From Chiloscyllium plagiosum (taxonomy: Eukaryota): 64,000 nucleotides of DNA. Of the stretch, positions 51,748-64,000 are shown in pieces. Position 1 is the first letter of the stretch; every line of letters starts with the position of its first letter. The stretch covers positions 4,341,681 through 4,405,680 of the forward strand of contig NC_057754.1 in assembly GCF_004010195.1 (NCBI RefSeq), read 5' to 3'. The notes below the pieces were generated by a model that ran no database searches, was not told where the DNA came from, and worked only from the letters and a program-made list of their open reading frames with translations. The position numbers and the translations under genes are program-made.

Positions 51748-52122
51748 CGACCAGGGTGGAGACATGGGGATGGAATGAGGTGAGGTCAGAATCAGAAGGT
51801 AATCGGTTCTCACTTACAGTGGAGAAAGTTATAGACCTGGAGGGGAGGGTCTTGCTCTGCGGCATAAGGGAGGCCGTGACGGACATGGACACAAGAATAA
51901 AAACTTTAATTTGAGATTCTCCTGGATTGGGAGGGTGGTCAGCTAGTAGCATTTTCAACTCTGAGGCAGGGGGTTGACTTCAGAGACTGGGTGAGTGCAC
52001 CACATTCAGAAATACACTGCTTCAGATGGGGCATTGAGTCAAAACTCTGTCTGCCCTCTCTGGTGGAGGTTAAAGGCCAGCATTCAAAGAAAGGCCATGC
52101 AGTGACATACAAACATGGACAA

Positions 52123-52446
52123 CGCAGTGGCTCAGTGGTTAGCACTGCTGCCTCACAGCACCAGGGACCTGGGTTCGACCCCACCCTTAGGCGACTGTCT
52201 GGGTGGAGTTTACGCCTTCTCCCCGTGTCTGCATGGGATTCCTCCCACAGTCCAAAGATGTGCAGGTTAGGGCGGTTCAGCTGTGATAAGTTGCTCCATA
52301 GTGTCCAGGTATGTGCAGGTTAGGTGGGTTTGGCATGGGCAATGCAGGGTTACGGGACAGGGTAGGTCTGGGTGGGATGCTCTTCCGAGGGTTTCTGTGG
52401 AATTGATGGGCCGAATGGCCTCCTTCCACACTGTAGGGATTCTATT
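52123..52446 (+). mobile_element. HE1-type V-SINE
   Basis: Head, V-core and tail present. Confidence 0.85.
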
Positions 52447-52958
52447 AATGTACAGATCAGGAGCAGGAGGCTCCTGCTCCACCATTCAATAAGATCACAG
52501 CATCCTTGTTCCTGCGTACCTCCACCATCCTTTTCCTCACTTGTTAGTCAAAAATCTATCCAGATCAGCCCTAAAAATGGTCAATGGCCTCACCTCTACC
52601 ACTCTCAAAGACTCGTGACGAATGTATAAGAAAAAGTCTCCTCATCTCCACCTTCAACGGGAGACCTGACATTTTAAACCGTGTCCCCCAATTCTAGAGT
52701 CTTCCACAAGAGACCACAACCTCTCAACCTCAACCCTGACAAGTCCCCTTAGGATCCCACGTTAAAAGATCGCCCCTCTTTCTTTCAAACTCCACTGAAT
52801 ACAGAATTGACCTTTCCTCATAAGACGAGCCTATTGTCCCAGGAAACAAATTGTTCTTCCAAGGGCCAACTATTCTCTGACAACCAACACGTGCAAAATC
52901 GAAAGGCTCAAATGGACTCATATGGCTCATTCATTCCACTTGGGGAGGTCATTCCACT

Positions 52959-52995
<37 letters not shown>
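52959..52995. repeat. Poly-G run (37 nt)
   Basis: Uninterrupted G tract. Confidence 0.9.
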
Positions 52996-52996
<1 letters not shown>

Positions 52997-53351
52997 GGTG
53001 CGATTTCGCTTGTGCACCCACATAACAAATCCTACACTTCAAAACAAAATACTTTTGCATTTACAGCGTTCTGTAAATTAGCCAAGAGACACTACAAGGC
53101 ACTGAGGAAATATATTTGCCTTGCCAGAAACACACACATCCCACGGTGCGTGGAAAAACAAGAGATCCTCAGCGTGAAATTGGAAATTGTCAGTGAATAG
53201 CTTATCACAGAGCTGCTCATGGATATATTTGCTTTCTTATTCATTCACGAGATGTTTAATCCAGCATTTACTGCTCAATCCCAATTGTCCAGAGGGCAGT
53301 TGAGAATCAATGACATCACTGGAGTCACATGTACACCAGACCAGGTCATTT

Positions 53352-53660
53352 GATTCGATTCCCTACAGTGTGGAAACAGGCCCTTCGGCCCAACAAGTTC
53401 ACACCGACCCTCTGAAGAGTAACCCACCCGGTCCCATTTCCCTCTAACTAATGCACCTAACACTACGGGCAATTTAGTATGGCCAATTCCCCTGACCTGC
53501 ATATCTTTGGACTGTGGGAGGAAACCTGAGCACCCTGAGGAAACCCACGCAGACACGGGGAGAATGTGCAAACTCCACACAGACAGTCGCCCAAGGCTGG
53601 AATCAAACCTGGGACCCTGGTGCTGTGAGGCAGCAGTGCTAACCACTGAGGCACCGTGTC
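53352..53660 (-). mobile_element. HE1-type V-SINE nested in a second-family SINE
   Basis: Near-consensus reverse-complement copy. Confidence 0.87.
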
Positions 53661-54182
53661 ATCCAAAGATGGCACTTTCCTTCCCTAAAGGTCAACGGCA
53701 AACCAAATGGGCTTTTCCAACAATCAGCAACCACCCATGGTCACCATTACACCCTTCATTCCAGATTATTTTAAAAATTGAACTCAAATTCCACCATCGG
53801 CTGCATTGGCATCTGAACATGTGTCCTCAGGACACTACCTGGGTCTCTGGATTAACAGCCCAGTGATAATACCACTAGGTCATTGCCACCTCCGTGTCCA
53901 GAGGTCACAATGGTGGCCATGTTTGCTACAAAACAACAGTGACTACTCATTTCAAGAAACTATGAGATGGCAATGAAACATTTAGAGGCTCTGCTGAGGC
54001 CATCACTCCAGGAAATGTGAGCTTTTCTTTGAGCGCAACAATGCCTGGTCCTGAGACAAGAATGCGTCTGTCGCCATCGCAAGACATTTTGCATTGATGA
54101 ACCATCTTAGAACATTCTTAAATAAACAAATCACTCCAGGCACTTGATAGGAGCGATTACCAAAACAAATATGACACCTAAG

Positions 54183-54602
54183 GACATGTGCAGGTTAGGG
54201 TGGATTGGCCGTGCTAAATTGCCCCATAGTGCCCAGGGATGTGGAGGTTAGGGTGGATTGGCCGTGCTAAATTATTCCATAGTACCCAGGGATGTGCAGG
54301 TTAGGGTGGATTGGCCGTGCTAAATTGTCCCATAGTGTCCAGGAATGTGTAGGTTAGGGTGGATTAGCCATCCTAAATTGCCCCATGGTGTCCAGGGATG
54401 TGTAAGTTAGGGTGGATTGGCCATGGGAAATTGTCTCGTAGTGTCCAGAGATGTGCAGGTTAGGGTGGATTAGCCATGCTAAATTGCCCCATAGTGTCCA
54501 CGGCTGTGCAAATTAGGTGCATTAGTCAGGGGTAAATATAGAATAATAGGGTAGGGGAATGGATCTGGGTGGGTTACTCTTCAGAGGGTTCTATGGATTC
54601 TA
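54183..54602 (+). mobile_element. 5'-truncated HE1 SINE with about 6 internal 53-bp units
   Basis: Tandem gatgtgcaggttagggtggattggcc units followed by the HE1 tail. Confidence 0.85.
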
Positions 54603-54823
54603 TGTAACATGGTCAGCCAGGTGGTCCTTATAGAACATGAGTTCCCTGATTGGAACTGATTAATCTGGTCCAATCAGGGAGCCCTGGCTGACAGATATAA
54701 ACAGGAGAGACTGATATTTCTGTTCACTCCAAGAGCTGCCTCTGAGGGAGCTGGATGAGTGTCAAGCACTCTCCACCTGTAAATAAAGGGTGACAGGATA
54801 CCAGCCTCTGCAGAATTATTTCA
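54603..54823 (+). mobile_element. Probable solo LTR
   Basis: TGTAA...TTTCA termini, ATTGG/CCAAT boxes, gatataaa TATA-like motif and AATAAA in LTR order; no TSD seen. Confidence 0.6.
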
Positions 54824-55060
54824 GCAGGAAGGGTGACCAAAGGTTAGTCAAAGATCTAGGCTGGAATAAGCAGGGGTATGTTGTAATGTCTCTGGTCAAG
54901 TAACCCAGAACCTCAAGTTAATCTAATGGGGTACATGGGTTCAAATCCTACCATGGCAGATGGTGAAACTTGCATTCAATAAAAAAAAATTGCAATTCAA
55001 AGCTGGTCTAACTGTCAATTGTTATTCAAAAACCTATCTTTAGGGAAGGTAGAAGGAAAT

Positions 55061-55148
55061 CTGATGAAGTGTTATCTAGACTCGAAGTATTAGCTTGCTC
55101 TCTCTCTACAGATGCTGCCTGACCGGGTTTCGAGCATTCAGTGTTTTC
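55061..55148 (+). mobile_element. Short PLE-terminus-like insertion with decayed hammerhead and 9-bp TSD
   Basis: ctgatgaagtgttatctagactcgaagtatt..cagatgctgcctgacc; aggaaatct at 55054-55062 and 55149-55157, interrupting a second-family SINE. Confidence 0.55.
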
Positions 55149-55844
55149 AGGAAATCTCCCATCATTCCCTGGTCTGGCCTACACGTGACTCCAAACCCAC
55201 TCCAACATGGTTGACCCTTAAATGCCCTCTGGACAATTAGGGATAGGTAATAAGTGCTGGCCCAGCCTGCATTCCCATGAATAAACAATGAAAACCCACA
55301 TCCCTACTGAATTCAACCAACAGTTTGCACTTTCATTGTCTCTGCAGTGGTTACAGGATTTGGCCCAGGTCCTGTTACTTGTCTGCTCTTGCCTGAGCTC
55401 AGACCATGTTAGATTGGGTGTCTGGCTTGGCCCAGAAGAACTGAAGCCTCCGTGGAGCCAACAATATAAATTCCAAGGCTGAGGTACTTGGCTCTGCTGT
55501 GAATCCCTTACTACTGTTACTGATTTTCTTTCTCTGTCTGTTGCTGAGCGCCAAAAGCCAGGAGCTGTTCGAGGGCTAAACTAAGTGACGGGGCTCTGCG
55601 CACAGCAACTTGTGAGCCCCCTAATCCTGCCTCTGTCCACGGGAGGAGAGGCACCGCCTCAAAAAGAGGGACAAAAACATGTGACTCTGGACTCACTAAT
55701 TCTGTCATTGCTATTTCCCCTGTCTGGACCCTGAGTTTCTCTTCCTGCCTCCCAGCATAACTCCTTCCCATTCCTGTTGGACTGTTTGCTTGCTGATGCA
55801 AGGGATGTTGAGTAAAGCCCTCTCTCCACTCTGATGCATTGTTG

Positions 55845-56260
55845 GAGGGTGTGAGGTACAGGGAGAGGTTGGGGCTATTCTCCTAGGAGAGTCGCAGGCT
55901 GGGTGGTGACCTTGCAGAGATTTATGGAATCATGAGGGGCATGGATAGGGTGAGTAGCCAAGCTCACTTCCCCAGGATTGGGGGAGTCAAAACTAGAAGG
56001 CATAGGTTTAAGGTGAGAGGGAAAAGATTTAAAAGGGACAACTTTTACACGCAGAGGGTGATGCCTGTATGGAATGAGCTCCCAGAGGAAGTGGTGGAGG
56101 CTGGTACAATGACAACATTTAAAAGGCATCTGGATTGGTACATGAACAGGAAGGGTTTAGGGCCAAATGCTGGCAAATGGGACTTGATTAGGATATCTGG
56201 TCGGCATGGATGAATTGGACCAAGGGGTCTGTTTCTGTGCGGTACACCTCTATGACTCTA
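55845..56260 (+). mobile_element. HER1/CR1 3' fragment
   Basis: WNELPEEVVEAGTMTTFKRHLDWYM; tail. Confidence 0.88.
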
Positions 56261-58547
56261 ATATGGCTTGCATGTCTCCCAAGAATTCAGAACCAAGTTG
56301 TGACACATTTTCTATAAAGTCCTTTGGAGCCATGAGCCAGAGGTGTATTTTGATCGATATCTAACTGCGCTGAATTGGGAGCACAGACAACAAGCTAGAA
56401 ATTCAGTGAATTGGGGGATATCCACCGAACCACTCAATTAACATTGTCAATTTAGTTCATTTACTGCGCAACCAAACAGATTGGTCTCTTTAACCGTCAT
56501 AGTCCCACCAAATGACTAGAAGTGGTTGATCCAAAGCTAACAATTACTTCACCCACATGACCAATGCTGGATACATTGCCGTTTTGCTTAGCAACAGTTT
56601 TAACAACATTACTTCTAGTCTTTTGGCAGTACAGATTCTGAGCATTGTTGTGGTATATGAATTTCAGTGCCAGAGTGATGTCAGGTATGAAAGGCTCTAT
56701 ATTACAAAGCCTGATGGATTGCAACAAACAGCATATTCCTTGAGCTGCCCACAACAAGTAAGGTACTGTATGTACCCAAAGTACATTGTATTTGCAAAAC
56801 TACTGTCTATCATTAAATGCGATTCCAAAATTGTACAGCATTTATAGAGTCATACAACATAGAAACAGACCCTTCAATCCAACCAGTCCATGCCAACCAT
56901 AAGCCCAAGCTAAACTAGTCCCACCTGCTTGCTTCTGGCCCCTATTTCTCCAAACCTTTCCTTTTCATGTATCTATCCAAATGTTTTGTAAACATTGTAA
57001 TTGTACCCACATCCACCACTTTCTCAGGAAGTGTAAGGACTTTGCATTTATATAGCACCTTTTGTACTACAAAGCTCTTTACAGCCAGTGAAGCGCATTT
57101 TGAAGTTTAGGATAATTGTTATTCTCCATAGTGGAGAAATATGAAGGGTCATCTTAATATTTGCAATAAGTTGTACTGTTGTTAAAGATAGACATTTCAT
57201 CATCCACACAACAGGTCAGTTTGCAAAAAAATCAGTTTATGGGGAAAAATAAAATGATATTTTTCAAAAGGAAAGTGCTGATTGGTTGGAAAAAGGATTC
57301 TGATTGATACAGGTGTCGCACTAGTTAATGATGAGTGACAGTTAACTGACAGACTCTCTTCTTTGGAAACAAGTAGAGCAAGATTGAATAAGATCTTTAA
57401 AATTATGAAGATGTATTAACTAAGACCTAAGGTTCCACTTATGGACCATAAAGCAACAAGGACTGAAGATTATCTGACATAAGATATCATTGCCCTGGAA
57501 TATTAACTCTGTTCCTTGCTCTACTGATCTTTTCTGTTTTCAAATGCATAGGGATGACAGGGATGGAAGGGTATACTGAGAAGACTAGATGAGGAAGAAT
57601 GGGATGATAACAATGACAATGGTATTGGTTTTTTTATTCATTCACGTGATGAGGGTGTCACTGGCTATAGCAGCATTTATTCCCCATCCCTAATTACCCA
57701 GAGTGCAGTCAGGCGTCATCCACATTGCTGTGGGTCTGGAGTCACATGTAAGCCAAATCAGGTAAGAATGGCAGTTTCCTTCCCTAAAGGGCATCAGGGA
57801 ACCAGACAGGTTTTCCTGACAATTGTCACCATAAGACTCTTAATTCCGGATTTTTATTGAATTCTGCCATGTCAGGATTTGAACCCGGGTCCCCAGGACA
57901 TTACCGTGGGCTATGGATTAACAGTCCAGCAATAATACCACTAGGCCATAGCCTCCCTATTGAAGCAAGAGATCAGTCATTATCTACAATGGTGGGTAGG
58001 ATTGAGGGGCTGATTGGTCTACATCTGCTCCCTATGTTCCTAAATGCTACCAGAGATCATTTAGACCAAATAGCCTGTTTCTGTGCTGTAGACGTGATGC
58101 AATATAAGCAACAGAGCTTCATTTAGTAGCTAGCTGTGGCACAAGATGACATTTGGTCATTAGCCTCCTGGAAAAATGGCAGTGGCTTAGGGAGAACATC
58201 GAAACAAATTTCAAAGACTCAAAAGTATTCCGACAGCTCACCTGTTTCCTCACAGTGCTCCCTCCCCCCCCATACCTCTCCCACCTCCCATGAAACTTAA
58301 CCACTATTGAGTTGACTCACCTACAATGATTTACCTCCACCAGCGGTTTGCAGAAATCTCCTGCTAAGCATTCCTTCTGCTCAGTCAACCCAGTCCCAGG
58401 CGCATAACTTGAATGTTTTGCAAACACAACAGGACTTTCTTCAGAGGCGGTGACCTATGAGGTTAAGACCAGAGTGAGAAAGAGTCAAAACCATTTCACG
58501 ATTTTTCATTGAATCATGCCAACAGAAGTTTGAGAGAAAAAAGCTAG

Positions 58548-58638
58548 TACACCAGGTTAAAGGTAGTCGCCAGGTTAAAGGTAGTCGCCAGGTTAAAGGT
58601 AGTACACCAGGTTAAAGGTAGTACGCCAGGTTAAAGGA
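58548..58638. repeat. 19-20-bp minisatellite, about 5 units
   Basis: ccaggttaaaggtagt(a)c(g/a) repeated. Confidence 0.9.
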
Positions 58639-58710
58639 GTAAATTCACTCCTGTCTGGTACTGTAAGGTTCATTTGCATCTCAGTGTCAATTCCTATCCA
58701 CTTAAAAACT

Positions 58711-59390
58711 AGATTCCCTCCAAGATGGAAACAGGCCCTTCGGCCCAAAAGTCCACACCGACCCTCCAAAGAGTAACCCGCCCAAAATCATTCCCCTACA
58801 TTTACCCCTGACTAATGCATCTAACACTATGGGCAATTCAGCATGGCCAATTCACCCTGACCTGCACATCTTTGGATTATGGGAGGAAACCAGAGCACCC
58901 GGAGGATACCCAATCAGACACGCGGAGAATGTGCAAACTCCACATCGACAGTCACCCAAGGCAGGAATCAAACCTGAGTTCCAGGTGCTGTGAGGCAACA
59001 GTGCTAACGACTGAGCCACCGTGCCACGTCAACAGATAAAACACAATGATTCATAGAGTTGTACAGCATGGAAATGGACCATTCAGTCCAACTTGTCCAT
59101 GCCGACCAGATACCCTAAATTAATCCAGTCCCATTTGCCAGCATATAGCCCATATCACTCTAAATCCTTCTTATTCATGCACCCATCCAGATGTCTATCA
59201 ATTGTAATTGTACCAGCCTCCACTTGTCTGGCAGCTCATTCCATATGCACACCAACCCATATGAATGAGTTGCTCCATAGGTCCCTTTAAATCTTTCCTC
59301 TCTCACCTTAACCCTACGCCCTCTAGTTTTGGACTCCCCTACCCTGGGGGAAAAAGCCTTGACTATCCGAGCCCCATCATGATGTTATAA
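58711..59390 (-). mobile_element. HE1 SINE (about 58711-59027) adjacent to a HER1/CR1 3' fragment (about 59052-59390)
   Basis: Reverse-complement SINE head/core and LINE tail motifs. Confidence 0.83.
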
Positions 59391-60074
59391 TTCATGCTGC
59401 TCTCGTATTATACTGCCAGTGCGTCTCTTATTTAACAGGAAATGTGGTGGTTTAGAACTAAGTGGCAAAAGCCACAAGAACATGGGTTCAAACCCCATGT
59501 GACAGATGGTAAAATCTGAATTAAATAAAACATCTGGAATTAAAAATCTAGCCTAATTTAACCACTGGCAATTTTTGTTAAAAAAACTGGTAACCTTTAA
59601 GGAAGGTTACCTTGTCTGGCCTACACGTGACTCCAGACCCACAATGAAATGTCTGCCTTCTGAGCAATTAGGTATGGGCAATAAATGCTGGCCTGGACAA
59701 TGATGCCCAAATCCCATACATGTACAGTAGGTAAGTGAGTGTGATTCACACCTGTCTAGTACTGTGAACAGGCTGTGCATGTTTGTGTCAGTTCTTGAAT
59801 ACGTACAATATAAGTCAGATAAAAGAGAACGACGGGGTGAAGTGATGTTGTTGAAAGGGTCTGTTGCACTTGCACTGGTCTTGACCATTGTAGGTCAATT
59901 TCTATGACACAATATTGTCTTGCGACGTCAATGGATGCTATCAAAATCTGAGTGGCTTCTGATAGGAACACCGTAGAGCAGTGTCTAGTGTAAGTATGGG
60001 GATTCACTCAGAGCACAATCTGAAATCCTAGAAACCTGCCTGTCCTTCAATACGTCCTTCACTCTGTTGAACCA

Positions 60075-60340
60075 GTTCAAGGTGAGAGGGGAAAGACTTA
60101 AAAAGAGAGGTAACTTTTTAACACAGAGGGTGGTGCGTGTATGGTACGAGCTGCCAGAGGAAGTGGTGGAGGTGGTACAATTACATTTATAAGGCATCTG
60201 GATGGGTACATGAATAGGAAGAGTTTAGAGGGGTGTGGGCCAAATGCTGGCAAACGGGACTGGGTCAGATTGGGATGTCTGGTTGTTGCGGACAAGATGG
60301 ACTGAAGTGTCTGTTTCTGTGCTGAATGACCCGATGACCA
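60075..60340 (+). mobile_element. HER1/CR1 3' fragment
   Basis: gagctgccagaggaagtggtggagg...; tail. Confidence 0.85.
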
Positions 60341-61008
60341 TGGGGCGATTTAGTGATTAGAGCTTTCCATTTGGCCTCAGGAAGATGAGGGGGACATCCA
60401 AGTCTTGATTGGTGGCATCACTGAATTGGAGCTTTTAGGCACCATGTAGCTCCTTTCTTGGACCCTGTAAAGAATATCCTCAAGGAGATGGTCATCTTCT
60501 AAACTGCCAGTGGAAAACAACGACCAGATAATGTGTCTCAGGGATGTGGGTTGAGGGTTAAATCTTGGCCCCGGGTTCTGGGAAACCTAGACTAAGGACC
60601 ATAGGTCCTTCCCGAGGGCAGACAAGGACCGCGCTTCAATATCTCAACTGAGAGATGGCACCTCCTGTGGTGCAGCCATGCAGAGTCAATCTGGATCAGA
60701 AGCCTCTGGGATAGGAGGCCGAAACCAGTTCAGGTAACACATTACTGCAGAAAGGGGAGAGAAAGTCAAGGGGGGGGATTTGGTGTTCAAAATCACAGGA
60801 GACTTTCATTGGGTACAACAAGCAGAAAGTTTATCTGGTCGCAGAGAGGGAAAATGTTTTCAGCAGCAAATTGCAAAGTCCTGGCATGGTGGTCAAAACA
60901 GTCTTTCAGGATGGAATATACAAAATACAGAAACATCTACAGGGCTTATGGGAAAAGAGCAGGGGTGTAGTGGTGAAAGACCAGTTTGCCAGACTGTTTC
61001 CTGGGACT

Positions 61009-61096
61009 CCTGATGAATCGACGTTTGTCCGAAACGTCGATTTTCCTGCTCCTCAGATGCTGCCTGACCAGCTGTGCTTTTCCTGCACCACTCTAA
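61009..61096 (+). mobile_element. PLE terminus fragment with hammerhead core (61010-61038)
   Basis: ctgatga-atcgacgtttgtcc-gaaacgtc then gattttcctgctcctcagatgctgcctgacc; same family as 276 and 22745. Confidence 0.62.
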
Positions 61097-61104
61097 CCAT
61101 GATT

Positions 61105-61895
61105 CTTGGGATGGCAGGACTGGCATATGAAGAGAGACTGGATCAGTTATGACTGTACTCACTGCAGTTTAGAAGAACAAAGGGGGATGGATGGATGGTT
61201 AGCACTGCTGCCTCACAGTGCCAAGGACCCAAGTTCAATTCCAGCCTCAGGCGAGTGTCTGAATGCCTTTGGACATTCTCCCTGTGTCTGTGAGGGTTTC
61301 CTTCCACAGTCCAAAGATGTACAGGTCAGAGTGGCTTGGCTGTGCTAAATTGCCCCATAGTGTCCTGGGATGTGCAGGCTAGGTGGGTGAGCCATGGGAA
61401 ATGCAGGGTTGTAGGGATGGGGTGGATCTGGGTGTGATGCTTTTCGGAGGGACACTGAGAACTCAATGGGCCAAATGGCCTGCATCTACACTGTGAGGAT
61501 TCTATGATCTCATAGAAATCTATAAAATTCCAACAGGACGAGAGAAGGTAAACAGGGCAAGGATGTTTCCAATCACCAGGAACGGGGTTGGGGGTGGGGG
61601 TGGGGATGTTGCAGTCCAATGATTACAGAGTAGGCCATTTAGGACTGAGATGAGGAGAAATGCCTTCACCCAGAGAGTGGGGAGCTTGTGGAATTCTCTG
61701 CCACAGGAAAAGCGGGTGAGGCCGAAACATTGAATGTTTTTAAGGAGTTAGATATAGTTCTGAAAGTATTCAAAGGGGAAGGGGGCAAAAGCACCAACAG
61801 GGGACTGAGTTGGATGACCAACCTTGATCCTATTGAATGGCAGAGCAGACTCGAAAGGGCCGAATGGCCTAATCCTGTGTTGTATTTCTCTGTTT
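61105..61895 (+). mobile_element. CR1 3' fragment interrupted by HE1 SINE (about 61193-61508)
   Basis: GMAGLAYEERLDQL remnant before the SINE; tail gggccgaatggccta. Confidence 0.82.
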
Positions 61896-62904
61896 CGATG
61901 AATGGGACCAATTAACAATTCATCCAAAAGGACCAGTAGAGCGACTATAAGCTGAGTAATCTCCTTTCATGCACTATGATTCTGTGATTTCACTTACAGT
62001 CCATGAAGAGAGGGGATGCCAAGACAGTTAACAAAAATAGGCCCCGAGAACATGGACGGTCCACGGCTCTGGGAGATTTTTGCAGCCCAGGATGTCGTGT
62101 GCAAACATCCCACTGGGGGCCCTACGGCTGACCTCCGTACTGCCAGAACGCTGCTAAACACACTCCCTCAATGTGAGAAATGAAATGCTTTTTGGTTCAT
62201 TTCTTTCCCCTCCCTCTATAACTTGGCAAGCTGCTCCAAATCTCAGAGGACAGTCTTCTACCAGTCCTTGGCAGGGACAGCAGGCAATTATTGCGAGTCC
62301 ATCTCTTGCTTATTTTGAGGCTAACCGTTGCCAGGGAGACCAGTTGGAAAATCAAGAGACCATGGGACAAGCATCCTCCTGTCATTCAAAGATAGAGAGC
62401 AGGAGCTGCTGGCCAGACTGCGTGTAGTTTAAATTTGTGCTTACTTCAAATGTCAAACCTCTCCACAAGTATCTGCAACTGGACTTCCTCAAATGCAGGA
62501 TAGTGACTTCTGGGTGATAGTGTCTCGCCTGTACAAGTGCCTGCACTTTTAATTCAGTCTCCATCAATATCACCGAGTCAGAAATCCAACGTCTAGCTTT
62601 CAAACCAGATAAGAGCCTCCAACCTTATGCTAGCAGCCAACTGCAGGGAAGGACATGAGGTCACAGGAGCAACACATCTTTTGATGTTTAAACCGGCAAT
62701 CCAACTTGGCAAGTGACAGGATCAGGTTGGAAAACATTTACAGTGCAGTTTGAAGTACCAATCCAAACAGCTTTCTCCAAATGCTTCCTCTCCAAATGGG
62801 GATTCTCAGGCTCTGGGACTGAATGATAACATTTAGTTTTGAGAAATGAAGGTAAGGATTAGTGACTGTTTTTGTTACCAAACTTGACCCATGATCTGGG
62901 GGGC

Positions 62905-63495
62905 AGGTGCAGAATAGGGTTAGATACAGAGTAAACTTCCCTGTACATTAGCCCCTTCAAATGCTCCCATGACAGAGCCAGCACAGAATTAGATATAAAG
63001 TAAAGCTAACTCTCCACTGTCCCACTCAAACACTCCCAGGGCAGGTGCAACACAAGGTCAGATACGGAGTAAAGCCCCCTCTCCACTGTCCCAATCAAAT
63101 GCTCACAGGGCAGGTACACCAAAAAGTTAGATACAGAGTAAAGCTCCCTACAAACTGTCCCATCCATCACTCTTAGAACAGGTACTGAACGGGGTTAGAT
63201 GCAGGGTAAAGTCAACACTGTCCCGACAAACACTCCCACGACAGGAACAGCATGGGATTAGATAGAGTTCTCTCCCTCCACTGTTCCAGTCAAACAGTTC
63301 CAGGGCAGATTAGATAAATAAAGCTACCTCTACGCTGTCCTTGTAAAGCACTGGGACAGGGACAGCTTGAGGTTAGATACAGAGTAAAGTTACCTCGACT
63401 CTTACAAACTGAAAGTAAAGCTCCCTCCAGATTGTCCCAATCAAACATTCTGAGGACAGGTACAACACAGGGTTAAATACAGAGTAAAGCACTCT
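62905..63495 (+). repeat. About 69-bp satellite, about 8 diverged units
   Basis: Recurrent ttagatacagagtaaagct..ccactgtcc..aaacactccc motifs. Confidence 0.85.
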
Positions 63496-64000
63496 CACGC
63501 CAGGGACTGTAGAGGGAAAGGTTTCCCCATAGCAAAAAATTCCAAAATTAGAAAGTGTGCCTTACTTCACTGCAAACCCAGGGCCTCAATGTATGAAACT
63601 GCCAAGTACTTCTCATTAGTGATGGTTCGATGTCTTCTAGAAACTGGGTAATTTCATACAAAATGTTTTGCAACAGCTGAAAGAGGAAACCTTTATCTCT
63701 CATTGAGGGGTGGTTTTGAACAACAATGGAGGAAAGGCTGGTTCAACCATTGAACAGCCCTGTCCGCCACCTTAATGTTGAAATAACTAATTGTTCAAAT
63801 GAATATAATTCCCTTTGCCCAAAGCTTGTGGTAAGCTCTTTGGCAAGTATTTGTTTTTTGTTGCTCTTCAGTATTATTTGAGGGAGAAATGTTCGTCAGG
63901 TCGTAGGACCAACCTCTCCTGTAAGGATTCTGCAGAGATCTTTTATCTTAATTTGCGAGATCAGGTGGACTCTTTAACTGATTCTCTTCAGCTTTTTTCC

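Noticed and set aside
51818..51856. 39-nt minus-strand micro-exon (cag|...|gtaagt) as an upstream LTBP exon
   Set aside because: The peptide SKTLPSRSITFST has no LTBP similarity I recognise, and the surrounding frame (IKVFILVSMS) looks like a decayed L2 ORF end.

Overview
Repeat-dense vertebrate genomic DNA from an elasmobranch (shark/ray), judged from more than 25 HE1-type tRNA/V-core SINEs and their partner HER1/CR1 LINE 3' fragments. The only convincing protein-coding sequence is the first coding exon of a latent TGF-beta binding protein gene, most likely LTBP3 (minus strand, 43785-44034: signal peptide plus the 4-Cys N-terminal segment, phase-1 GT donor). I found no second exon to its left, so 1-43784 is probably one intron of more than 43 kb. 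Nearly all other ORFs in the track are LINE/SINE or tandem-repeat artefacts. Most notable structures: (i) several short Penelope-like element (PLE) termini carrying minimal type I hammerhead ribozyme cores, many as fold-back insertions with target-site duplications; the best is 6070-6507, with two opposed hammerheads and the endonuclease C-terminus in its loop; (ii) a 3.7 kb 39-bp minisatellite, stop-free in one frame, whose unit resembles the LINE RT motif GVPQGSxLG; (iii) two HE1 SINEs with greatly expanded internal 53-bp repeats bracketing the LTBP exon-1 island in inverted orientation; (iv) 46-bp and ~69-bp satellites, Rex1/Babar LINE pieces and a probable solo LTR. Repeat boundaries were read by eye and are approximate; family names come from motif recognition, not database searches.
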